In this document: positions 20,649 to 29,247 of the stretch, one piece after another
Position numbering within the stretch: the stretch's first letter is position 1
Layout of the letters: the number at the start of each line of letters is the position of its first letter
NCBI GenBank assembly: GCA_963555995.3
Contig: OY821641.1
Span: 1,664,001-1,728,000 of the forward strand
Length of the DNA: 64,000 nt
Origin: Vicinamibacteria bacterium
GTDB lineage: Bacteria; Acidobacteriota; Vicinamibacteria; Marinacidobacterales; Marinacidobacteraceae
Direction of reading: 5' to 3'
The notes under the pieces: model-generated
The model's database searches: none
What the model saw: only the letters and a program-made list of their open reading frames with translations
Told to the model about the DNA's origin: nothing
Translations under genes and position numbers: made by a program

Positions 20649-20912
20649 GAATCGTTCCTCTAACAAAACGCTGTTGATTCAGCACCCCGCACAAAGTGCC
20701 GGCGCGCCTTGTTTGAAGCTCACATCGTCAGGGGATCGGGAAACCAGTCGCGGGAGCGACCGCTCCAGATCGCACCGGGCCAATGCGCGCCAGAAGGCGG
20801 GAGTAGACGCCAGAAACGGTCAGGAAGTCAAGGATGCGCTCCCAGGAACTGACCCGCGCCCCTCCCGGTGCGCCGGCCAAGGCCCGCAGTCCGGCAGCCG
20901 CCGCTCGCCAGG

Positions 20913-23387
20913 CTAAGGAGGGCCGCCCGCCTCCAGCCGCCCGTCCACGAACACCCAGTCCGGCACCACGCGGTAGTCGAAGGGATGCCCTTCCAGGATG
21001 ACGAAGTCGGCGTCCTTGCCCGGCTCGATGCTTCCGATCCGGTCGCCCAGGTCAGCCAGCTCGGCGGCGTTGAGCGTCGCCATCCTGAGCGCGTCCACTT
21101 CCGGGACGCCGTTCCGGAAGGCCCACGCCGAGTTGAGGATCGGCTCCCCGCCCAGCCGCCCGATGGGTGAAGCGCGCCGGGAGGCGCCCGGACCGGAGAA
21201 CGCCACCTTGACGCCGGCCCGGTTCAGGATGGCGGGCCCCTCCACGCTCCAGCCCTCGCCGCCCCCCCGGATGTCCGACGCGTAGCTTCCGGAGTTCCCC
21301 AGAATGACTCCCGCACCGACCGCCGCCAGCCGGCCGGCCAGCCGGTGCGCCTCTACCCCGCCGGTGATCACAAGCCGCAGGCCGTAGTCCTCCGCGAGGC
21401 GGAGCGCCGCTTCGATCTCGGGCACGCGGTCCGCGTGGACCATCGCCGGCACGTCGCCGCGGAGCAGCGGCAGGAGCGCTTCGAGGCGCGCGTCGTATTC
21501 GCGGGGCTCTCCCGCCTCGGCGTACGTCCGCGCAGCGTCCAGCGCCTCCCGGATCATCCCCGAGGCGCTCTCCAGCGTCAGCCCCGCTCCCGCCTCGTCC
21601 GTCCACTCCCGGAGCGCCGAGGCGGTGAGGGCGAACGCCATACTGGCCGGCTCGCGGCGCACCATCTTCTCGAAGTCAATGCCGGGCGTCTTCACCACGA
21701 CCCCATTGCCGCCGATCAGGTTGCGGGTGCCCGGCGTGACGTGGATCGCGGTCACGCCGATCGTGGTGTTCACCCGGTAGGAGGGAAACCACGGGTCCAC
21801 GGCGTAGAGGGCGTTCATCTCCGGCGCCACCGGCTCGGTGATCTCGTCGTTCTGCACCTGCCACTTGAGGTCGCCGATCCAGTCGTTCGGAAAGGCCCGG
21901 GCGATCACCGTCCCCGGCATGACCACCCTGCCCCCCACGTCCATGACCGCCAACCCCGCGGGCGGCGCGGCGTCCGCCTCCACCAGCGTGAACCGGCCGG
22001 CCTCGACGACGAGGGTGGCGTTCCGGATCTCCCCGCCGCCCACCGTGAACACGTGCGCGCCGGTGATGGCGAAACCCGCGTCCTCCGAAGTGACTTCCCC
22101 GGTCACCGGGCGGAACGGCCCCACCGCGCGCGGCCGGTCGGCCTGGAGCACCCGGTCGCGCTCGTACTCCAGCCGCCCGTCCACGAACACGCGCTCCACC
22201 CGGTCGGCGGTCAGGTCGAGGAAGTGCCCGTCGAGGAGCACCAGGTCGGCGTCCTTCCCAACCTCGATGCTGCCGATCCGATCCTGGAGCATCATCGCGC
22301 GTGCTCCGTTGATGGTCATGATCTCGAGCGCCTGGTCGTCGGTCAGCCCGTGCCGCGCCAGGAACGCCCCGTACTCGCGGAAGTCCTTGAAGTGCTGGTT
22401 CGACATGTCGGTCTGGATGCTGGCGTGCACGCCGGCGTCGAGGAGGTCCTTCAGCAGGTTCAGGGGCTTCGGATCGCCAAAGTACTGGACGATCATCATC
22501 GGGCCGATCACCGGAACGATCTTGGTCCCGGCGAGCAGTTCGGTGAGCGGGAAGATCTCCTCCGCGTGGGCGAGAGCCAGGCGGTCGAAGAAGCCGTACT
22601 TGCGCGCGAGGCGCAGCACCATCATCACCTCGCTCGGATAGTGCGCATGGGCGTGGACCATGACCTCGCCCCGGATCACGGCGGCGAACGCCTCCAGGCG
22701 CTCGTCGCGCTCCGGCGCCGGTCCGGTCCCGGCGGCGTGCGCGTCCTGCGCCCGCACGTAGGCCGCCGCGCGGCGGAAGTACTCGTCGGCGGTGGCGTAC
22801 CAACCCATCACCGTCTGCGGCGTCTCGCCGGGCCGCAGGTTGATCAGCGGTCGCACCGCCATCTTCAGGTCCACGTAGGGCTTGAGGATCATCCCGGGAC
22901 CGGGCGTCCGCTTCAGCTTGAGCGCCACCGCCTGCCCGCTGGAGATGATCCCGCTCCCCGAGCGCGTAACCAGCGAGGTCACGCCTCCCGAAAGCGCCAC
23001 CTGGAGCATGGGGTCCGACAGGTCCAGGTGCTCCACGGCCTTCCATTCGGCGGTCACCGGCCCCGGAATGCGCGCGCGGCTGGAACGGTCCAGCGCCACG
23101 TGCGCGTGCGCATCAATCAGCCCCGGGATCACCACCTCCGCTTCGTACACCGGCGCGCCCGCGGGAGCGTCCACCGACGCGCCCACCGCCTCGATGATCC
23201 CGTCCCGGATCAGGATCTCCCCGTCCCGGAGCGTCCCCCCGGTGACGGTGTGGACCGTCCGTCCGCGAACGAGGACGGTCTCGGACTGGGCGCCCGCCAC
23301 GCGCGGGCCGGCGACCGCGACCGCCGCCGCCAAGATGCCCGCGAACCACGCGCGCCCGCCGTACCGGTCCCGGGTCCGCCTGGTCAT
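20913..23387 (-). CDS. Secreted amidohydrolase family protein with two tandem amidohydrolase domains
   Basis: PGLIDAHAH in domain 1; two GSIE.GKDAD C-terminal motifs. Confidence 0.88.
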   Translation of the reverse strand: MTRRTRDRYGGRAWFAGILAAAVAVAGPRVAGAQSETVLVRGRTVHTVTGGTLRDGEILIRDGIIEAVGASVDAPAGAPVYEAEVVIPGLIDAHAHVALDRSSRARIPGPVTAEWKAVEHLDLSDPMLQVALSGGVTSLVTRSGSGIISSGQAVALKLKRTPGPGMILKPYVDLKMAVRPLINLRPGETPQTVMGWYATADEYFRRAAAYVRAQDAHAAGTGPAPERDERLEAFAAVIRGEVMVHAHAHYPSEVMMVLRLARKYGFFDRLALAHAEEIFPLTELLAGTKIVPVIGPMMIVQYFGDPKPLNLLKDLLDAGVHASIQTDMSNQHFKDFREYGAFLARHGLTDDQALEIMTINGARAMMLQDRIGSIEVGKDADLVLLDGHFLDLTADRVERVFVDGRLEYERDRVLQADRPRAVGPFRPVTGEVTSEDAGFAITGAHVFTVGGGEIRNATLVVEAGRFTLVEADAAPPAGLAVMDVGGRVVMPGTVIARAFPNDWIGDLKWQVQNDEITEPVAPEMNALYAVDPWFPSYRVNTTIGVTAIHVTPGTRNLIGGNGVVVKTPGIDFEKMVRREPASMAFALTASALREWTDEAGAGLTLESASGMIREALDAARTYAEAGEPREYDARLEALLPLLRGDVPAMVHADRVPEIEAALRLAEDYGLRLVITGGVEAHRLAGRLAAVGAGVILGNSGSYASDIRGGGEGWSVEGPAILNRAGVKVAFSGPGASRRASPIGRLGGEPILNSAWAFRNGVPEVDALRMATLNAAELADLGDRIGSIEPGKDADFVILEGHPFDYRVVPDWVFVDGRLEAGGPP

Positions 23388-23399
23388 CGTCGTCGCGCC

Positions 23400-23819
23400 T
23401 CACGCCGCCCACGGGTTGATGATGGGGACGCCGCAGTTCCTGAAATGCCTGACGTTCCGCGTGGCGACGGAGGCCCCGACAGAATGCGCGATCGCCGCCA
23501 TCTGGCAATCCGCATGCCCGATGGGATCGCCGGCAGATCGCCGGCTCGCTCCGACATCGGCGTAGGCGCGCGCCGCGTTGCGGTCGAAAGGCAGGATGCG
23601 GCCGGCAAAGTCCGTTTGGAGCACCTCCTCGATCTGCGCCCGAAGCCGATCCCGCCGGCGTCCGGGCGGCAGGATCGCCGCTCCATAACGCAACTCGGCC
23701 TCGGCGATGACGGAGAGGAAGACCTGAGGCACGGGTTGGGCCGCCAGCCATGCGAATACGCCGGGGTCCGGTTCCGGCCGCATGAGTTCCGAGACGACGT
23801 TCGTGTCGAGCAGGATCAT
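23400..23819 (-). CDS. vapC: VapC/FitB PIN-domain toxin
   Basis: MILLDTNVVSE, AELRYG, ADCQMAAIA, ATRNVRHF, INPW. Confidence 0.95.
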   Translation of the reverse strand: MILLDTNVVSELMRPEPDPGVFAWLAAQPVPQVFLSVIAEAELRYGAAILPPGRRRDRLRAQIEEVLQTDFAGRILPFDRNAARAYADVGASRRSAGDPIGHADCQMAAIAHSVGASVATRNVRHFRNCGVPIINPWAA

Positions 23820-23828
23820 GCGCCTCGC

Positions 23829-24071
23829 CTATTCGAAGCGCGGTGGATCCCGCATCGGATCTCGTGGCGGGATCTCGAGTTCCACGCCACCGAGCGGTCT
23901 GAATCTCGCCCGGATTGCCTCTGCAAGATTCCTCGGCGACGCGGTCCCGGTCAGCGCGGTTCGCAGGATGACCCGGACTTCTTCCTCCATGGACCGGCCG
24001 TTACCGGCAGCGCGCATGCGGAGAAGATGCTTCAGGGGATCGTCGAGGTTTCGGACGGTCAGGCTGGCCAC
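23829..24071 (-). CDS. FitA-like RHH antitoxin
   Basis: VASLTVRNLDD..K..LR.RAA.NGRSMEEEVR.IL; SD AAGGAGG. Confidence 0.92.
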   Translation of the reverse strand: MASLTVRNLDDPLKHLLRMRAAGNGRSMEEEVRVILRTALTGTASPRNLAEAIRARFRPLGGVELEIPPRDPMRDPPRFE

Positions 24072-24084
24072 GGCGCGCCTCCTT

Positions 24085-24106
24085 TGATTGCGTCGCAATC
24101 ATTGTA
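24085..24106 (-). promoter_or_regulatory. Operator palindrome and -10 of the fitAB-like operon
   Basis: TGATTGCG-T-CGCAATCA (24085-24101) abutting a minus-strand TACAAT. Confidence 0.65.
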
Positions 24107-24137
24107 GTCACAACGCCAGAAGCTCATGGGCTGGACG

Positions 24138-25235
24138 TCAGTACACCCCCACGGTGGTGCCGCCGGCGAGGCGGCCGAAGGGGCGGACGCCGCTGACCCC
24201 GTCCCAGGCATAGGGGCCCCAGGGCGGCTCCCGCTCGCCCTCGTCGCGTTCGAGGAAGCCCGGGACGAAGAACTCGCGCGTCAGCGTGGTGAGGCGGACC
24301 CGTCCGGTCGCCCCGTAGTCCACCACCTCCCCGGTGTCGGGGTCCACGACCTCCAGCACCGCGCGGGGCATCGGCGGGTAGTAGGCGATCTTGTAGCCGT
24401 CCTCCGGCGTCGGCGGACGCGCCGGCGCGAGCCCCATCAGCGTGTTCCCGTAGGTCGGCTGCAGGAACACCCCGTCGAGCAGCTCCTCCATGGCGAACCG
24501 CGTCCACTGCGGGGTGAACTCGGTGCCCCCCGAGAAGATGCCCCGGATGCCCGTCTCCGCGAGCGTCTTCCCCTCGTCCTCGAGCCGCAGGCAGAGCGCC
24601 TCCAGCAGCTTCGGCGTCGTGAAGAGGCACCGGATGTCATGGCCGGCCGACAGCACGGTCAGCGCCTGGTCCACCACGTGCGCCTGGTAGGCCATCAGGT
24701 GCTCGGTCCAGCCCTTCTTGATCAGCTTGATGACCCACCGGGGGTCGAGGTCCACGCAGAACGCGATGCCGCCCCGGAACTGCGCCAGATGCTCCACCGC
24801 GAGCCGCAGCCGGCGCGGCCCCGAGGGACCCAGCATGAGCCAGTTGGACCCCGGCGGGAAGTGCTCCTCGGACAGCACCGCGCTGAACAGCTCGTAGTCA
24901 ATCCGGAAATCGTCCACCGAGGTGCGGCTCTTCGGGATGCCGGTGGTGCCGCCGGTCTCGAAGACGTAGAGCGGCCGCTCCTGGTAGGGCGCGGGAATCC
25001 AGCGCCGCACCGGCCCGCCCCGGAGCCACTCGTCCTCGAACGGCGGAAACCGCTTCAGATCGTCGAAACCCTGCACGTCGGAGAGCGGATCGAAGTCCAG
25101 CCGCTTCCGGAAATCGAGCCAGAAGGGACACCCCGTCTCCTCGGAGAAGTGCCAGCGCACCATGTCCCGGACGTGCTCGTCGAGGTCATGGCGCGCCGCC
25201 ACGGCGGCTTCGGAGTCTCGCAGGTCGGTTTCCAT
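24138..25235 (-). CDS. EhpF/GriC-like atypical adenylating enzyme (arylcarboxylate reductase component)
   Basis: RWHFSEETGCPFWL...FDP..DV, FETGGTTGIPK P-loop, VDLDPRWV, YGNTLMG; matches EhpF/GriC motifs as recalled. Confidence 0.8.
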   Translation of the reverse strand: METDLRDSEAAVAARHDLDEHVRDMVRWHFSEETGCPFWLDFRKRLDFDPLSDVQGFDDLKRFPPFEDEWLRGGPVRRWIPAPYQERPLYVFETGGTTGIPKSRTSVDDFRIDYELFSAVLSEEHFPPGSNWLMLGPSGPRRLRLAVEHLAQFRGGIAFCVDLDPRWVIKLIKKGWTEHLMAYQAHVVDQALTVLSAGHDIRCLFTTPKLLEALCLRLEDEGKTLAETGIRGIFSGGTEFTPQWTRFAMEELLDGVFLQPTYGNTLMGLAPARPPTPEDGYKIAYYPPMPRAVLEVVDPDTGEVVDYGATGRVRLTTLTREFFVPGFLERDEGEREPPWGPYAWDGVSGVRPFGRLAGGTTVGVY

Positions 25236-25261
25236 CTCTTCCCTTTGTTCGGTAGCAGTGT

Positions 25262-26569
25262 TCAGGCGGCGATCACCCGGGCGAAGGCCGCTTCGGCGTC
25301 TTCGGCCATCCGGTCGAGGGAGTGCTCTTCCCGGATGCGGGCGAAGCCGCGCGCCCCGACGCTCGCCCGCCGCTCGGGATGCAGGACCAGTTGCGAGAGC
25401 GCCGCCGCAAAGTCCTCGGGATCGCTGCTCTTCGCGAGCACCCCTCCCTCGGCCCGGTCCAGCAGGGCGGGATAGGCCCCCTGCTGGGGAACCACCACCG
25501 GCGTCCCCGCCATCATGGCCTCGATGGCCGGGATGCCCTTCGGCTCGGGGAACGTCGCGGGAATGCCGATGAGGTCGGCCTCGCGGAGGAAACGGATCTT
25601 CTCCGCGTGATCGAGTTCGCCCACATGCTCGAAGGAGACGGCGGACCCGTCCGCGGCGAAGAGCCGCCGGACCTCCTCCAGGTACCCCTTCCCGCCGCGG
25701 CTCATCCACCCGGCGGCCCGCACCCGGAGCGGCGGCGCTTCCGGTTGTCCGGCCAGTTGGAGCGCGGCGCGCGCCAGCCGGTCGAGCCCCTTCTCCGGAG
25801 CGATCCGGGAAAAGAAACCGATCGTCACTTCCCGCGCGCCAGCCGCGTCGTCCGCCGCCGGCGGGGCCTTCGGTTCCGGGGGATATCCCTCGGGGTCCAC
25901 TCCCAGCCGCACGAACGACACGCGCTCGTCGGGGATGCCCAGCATGTCCGCCATGCCGCGGGCGTGATGCTCGGTGACGCCCACGAAGTGGTGCGCGGCG
26001 CCCGCGGCCTCCCGCATCAGGCCGAGCGCCCGCTCGCGGTCCCCGGCGGGCAGCCGGGCCAGGAACAGGTCCTCCCCGGAGAAGGTCACCACCACCGGCG
26101 CCCCGGTGGCCGCGGCCAACGGACCGGCCAGTCCGAGGAGCAGCGAGTTGGGCAGCACCACCACGTCGGGGCCGGCGTCGCGGACGGACTCCGCCAGCGC
26201 CTCGACCGCCCGCCGGGCCGGGCCCCGCGCCCCCGCGAGCGTCGTGACCGTCAACGGCCCCAGCCTGGTCGGGTCGTTGGACGACGAGAACCGCTCGACG
26301 AGGCCGAGCAGCGCCGGCGAATCCAGCAGCCGGCCGAGACCGGGCAGCGCCCCGAAGAGCGGGGCCGCGTGCTGCAGGTACACCGAGACGCCCCCGAAAC
26401 GCACCCGCTCTTCCGAGACGCTCGTCTCGTCGGTCCGGCTGCGCTGGTAGAGGGGCACGAGCCGCACGTCGTGCCCGCGTTCGGCGAGCGCCCGCGCCAG
26501 CGCGTTGTCCCGGATGCAGCTCCCGCAGAGCATCTCCCCCGCCCCGGCGGTGAAGCTCAGGATCCGCAC
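25262..26569 (-). CDS. Glycosyltransferase family 4
   Basis: AGEMLCGSCIRDN N-terminus; RIAPEKG; EPKGIPAIEAM (GT-B ExxGxxxxE). Start inferred at GTG 26569. Confidence 0.88.
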   Translation of the reverse strand: MRILSFTAGAGEMLCGSCIRDNALARALAERGHDVRLVPLYQRSRTDETSVSEERVRFGGVSVYLQHAAPLFGALPGLGRLLDSPALLGLVERFSSSNDPTRLGPLTVTTLAGARGPARRAVEALAESVRDAGPDVVVLPNSLLLGLAGPLAAATGAPVVVTFSGEDLFLARLPAGDRERALGLMREAAGAAHHFVGVTEHHARGMADMLGIPDERVSFVRLGVDPEGYPPEPKAPPAADDAAGAREVTIGFFSRIAPEKGLDRLARAALQLAGQPEAPPLRVRAAGWMSRGGKGYLEEVRRLFAADGSAVSFEHVGELDHAEKIRFLREADLIGIPATFPEPKGIPAIEAMMAGTPVVVPQQGAYPALLDRAEGGVLAKSSDPEDFAAALSQLVLHPERRASVGARGFARIREEHSLDRMAEDAEAAFARVIAA

Positions 26570-26634
26570 GGCTTCGGGTGGTCGTGTCGGTCCCGGACGG
26601 CGCGGCGTCTCCGGCGGAACGGTCCGAGGGGCAC

Positions 26635-27771
26635 TCAGTCGGACGCGCTCCCCTCCAGGAACGGCTCCATGGGCAGCGACTGCGGACCGTTCTCGTCGCA
26701 GACCGCGTAGCTGGACCGGGCGCTCGTGTACATCGAGACCCCGGCGTGCACGCCCGCCTTGTTCACCACGTAGAAGGACAGCCCGAAGGCCGGCAGGCCC
26801 CGGCTGTTCAGCAGCCGCTTCTCGACGGTGTTGTCCTTGACGCGGGACAGGGCGGTCATGGCGGCGTCCTTCGGGTGCGCGCCGCGCCGCATCTCCTCGA
26901 CGATGAGGAAGGAGCAGAGGCCGTAGAGGTTGGCCTCGCCCCGGCCGGTCGAGCCCGCCGCCCCCACCGCGTTGTCCACGTAGAGCCCGGCGCCCAGGAT
27001 CGGCGAATCCCCGACGCGCCCCGGAATCTTCCACGCGAGGCCGCTGGTGGTGGTGACCCCCGCCAGGTCCCCGTTCGCGTTCAGGCCGTCGCAGTTGATC
27101 GTCCCGTAGTACTCCTCCTCGTCCATCAGCCCGTCCCGGACCATGGAGAGCCCGGCGGCGTGCCCGGCCGCGGCGCGCTTCTTCGGGTCGAGGTAATGCC
27201 CCGGGTCAATCCGGCGCTTCCACTCCAGCCACATCTCCCGCGACCGGGGGGTATTCAGGTCGTCCTCGACCTCGAACCCCATGTTGCGGGCGAAGTGCTG
27301 GGCGCCCTTCCCGACCAGCAGGTGGTGGTCGGTGACCTGGAGCACCTGGTAAGCGACGCTCGCCGGGGTCCGCACGCCCTCGATGCCGGCGACCGCCCCG
27401 GCGCGCCGGTTGGGGCCATGCATGCAGCACGAATCGAGCTGGACCACGCCGTCCGCGTTGGGACGGCCTCCGAATCCGACGCTCGCGTCCTCGGGATCGA
27501 GTTCCGTGATCTTCACGCCCTCGATGAGGCTTTCGAGGATGTCCTTCCCCTCGGTCATCATCCGGAACGCGCGTTCGACGACGACCTCGTCGCCGCCGTT
27601 CTTGTAGCGGTTCCCGTTCCCGGAGGCGATCACCACCGGTTTCGGGCCGGAGGACTGGACGGCCGGGGCTCCCGAGGCCGCCGCCCCGAGCGCCGCGGCG
27701 CCCGCCGCGCCGACCTGGACGAACTGCCGGCGGCTGAGATCGCGGCCGGTCCACGGCGCCGTTTTCTTCAT
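26635..27771 (-). CDS. Tat-exported N4-(beta-N-acetylglucosaminyl)-L-asparaginase (Ntn hydrolase)
   Basis: SRRQFV Tat motif; SVGFGG, GTI cleavage site, TTSG, GRVGDSPILGAG, TGRGE. Confidence 0.9.
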   Translation of the reverse strand: MKKTAPWTGRDLSRRQFVQVGAAGAAALGAAASGAPAVQSSGPKPVVIASGNGNRYKNGGDEVVVERAFRMMTEGKDILESLIEGVKITELDPEDASVGFGGRPNADGVVQLDSCCMHGPNRRAGAVAGIEGVRTPASVAYQVLQVTDHHLLVGKGAQHFARNMGFEVEDDLNTPRSREMWLEWKRRIDPGHYLDPKKRAAAGHAAGLSMVRDGLMDEEEYYGTINCDGLNANGDLAGVTTTSGLAWKIPGRVGDSPILGAGLYVDNAVGAAGSTGRGEANLYGLCSFLIVEEMRRGAHPKDAAMTALSRVKDNTVEKRLLNSRGLPAFGLSFYVVNKAGVHAGVSMYTSARSSYAVCDENGPQSLPMEPFLEGSASD

Positions 27772-27902
27772 TGGCTGCTGCATCGGTTGCCCCTCTCCCG
27801 CCCCTCGCGTCCCGGCCTTCCGGCGGCGCGGAAACGCTTCTCCGAACGGGGGCCGAAGTGTATCGGTCCCCGGGTGCGAGTCCGCGCCTTACCATCCCCG
27901 CC

Positions 27903-28907
27903 GTGCCGACCGAACCCACGCCGGCGGGCATCGAAGCCGCCCGCGCCGCCATCCCCCGGGAATTCCGGGACACCCCGCTGTTCGACTCCGCTCCGCTCGG
28001 GGCCGCCACCGGCTGCCGGGTGACCGTCAAGGTGGAATGCGTGAACCCGATCCGCAGCTTCAAGGCCCGCGGCGCCTGCTGGTTCGGGGCGCGGCGGGGG
28101 CCGGAGACCGTCGCGCGGCTCCGCGGCCTCCCGGCCGGGACGCCGGGGTGGGTCACCGGGTCGGCCGGGAACTTCGGCCAGGGACTCGCCTGGGCCGCCC
28201 GGCGGTCGGGGATCCCGCTCACGGTGTTCTCCTCCCTCCACGCGAACCCCGACAAGGTCCGCGCCATGCGGGATCTCGGCGCGGCGGTCCGCCTCGTCGG
28301 GGACGACTTCGACGCCGCCAAGGAAGCCGCCCTCGCCCACGCCGGAGAGACCGACGCCACGTTCGTGGAGGACGGCCGCGAACCCGAGATCACTGAGGGC
28401 GCCGGCACCATCGCGCTCGAATGCGTCGAGGCGGGCTTCCGCGCCGACACCGCCCTGATCCCCGTCGGCAACGGGGCGCTCATCGGCGGCATGGGCCTCT
28501 GGCTTCGCCACGCCGCCCCCGAAGTGGCGGTGCTCGGCGTGGTCGCGCGCGAAGCACCGGTCATGCGCCACGCCTTCGAGTCCGGAGACCCCTCTCCCGC
28601 CGACACCGCACCGACCACCATCGCCGACGGCATCGCCGTCCGCGTCCCGGTCCCCGAGGCCCTCCCCCTCATGCGCCGCGTCGTCCACGAGGTGGTCGAA
28701 GTCGGCGAGGACGCCCTCCTGGAAGCCGTCCGCCTCCTCCACCGCACCCTCGGCCTCGTCGTCGAACCCGCCGGCGCCGCCGGAATCGCCGCCCTCCTAG
28801 AACACCCCGACCGCTTCCGGAACCACGCCATCCTCACCCCCCTCTGCGGCGGCAACGCCGACCCCACCCTCCTCACCGACGTTCCGCGCGCCGGCCTAGC
28901 CCCGTGA
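27903..28907 (+). CDS. PLP-dependent threonine/serine dehydratase family protein
   Basis: KVECVNPIRSFKARGA, SAGNFGQG, PVGNGALIGG, TIADG, EPAGA. Confidence 0.9.
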   Translation: MPTEPTPAGIEAARAAIPREFRDTPLFDSAPLGAATGCRVTVKVECVNPIRSFKARGACWFGARRGPETVARLRGLPAGTPGWVTGSAGNFGQGLAWAARRSGIPLTVFSSLHANPDKVRAMRDLGAAVRLVGDDFDAAKEAALAHAGETDATFVEDGREPEITEGAGTIALECVEAGFRADTALIPVGNGALIGGMGLWLRHAAPEVAVLGVVAREAPVMRHAFESGDPSPADTAPTTIADGIAVRVPVPEALPLMRRVVHEVVEVGEDALLEAVRLLHRTLGLVVEPAGAAGIAALLEHPDRFRNHAILTPLCGGNADPTLLTDVPRAGLAP

Positions 28908-28916
28908 TGGCGCCTC

Positions 28917-28940
28917 GGAGCGCCGGCCTCCGGCCGGCAT
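28917..28940 (+). repeat. REP palindrome (GGCC variant)
   Basis: GGAGCGCCGGCCTCCGGCCGGCAT. Confidence 0.85.
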
Positions 28941-28977
28941 CGCGCGGGAGCGCGAAACCCGCGCTGATTGGGGTGCG

Positions 28978-29197
28978 TTGCTGTGAAATGAGGTTCGGGC
29001 GAAAGGTCAACCAGCGCAGGTTGCGCCGCCGGGTGGGAGCGCCGGTCTTCAGACCGGCACGCGCTGCGCAAACGCGCAGCGCACCGCACGATGCTGAGCG
29101 GGAGAGTGGCGCTCTGCTCTCGGTTCGTCACCGTGAACGGCGACACGACATGCGCGGGCCTTCGGCCCGCAGTGCCGGTCTGAAGACCGGCGCTCCC
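28978..29197. repeat. REPIN copy 3 (29035-29197, reverse) plus flanking unit sequence shared with the 57-kb array
   Basis: Inverted REP pair; the preceding TGCTGTGAAATG...GGGCGAAAGGTCAAC is the reverse complement of the linker in the tandem array. Confidence 0.9.
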
Positions 29198-29247
29198 TGC
29201 TGTTCGTGTCATTCCCATCCGGCCCGGGTGTGCAGGATGACGCGGGC

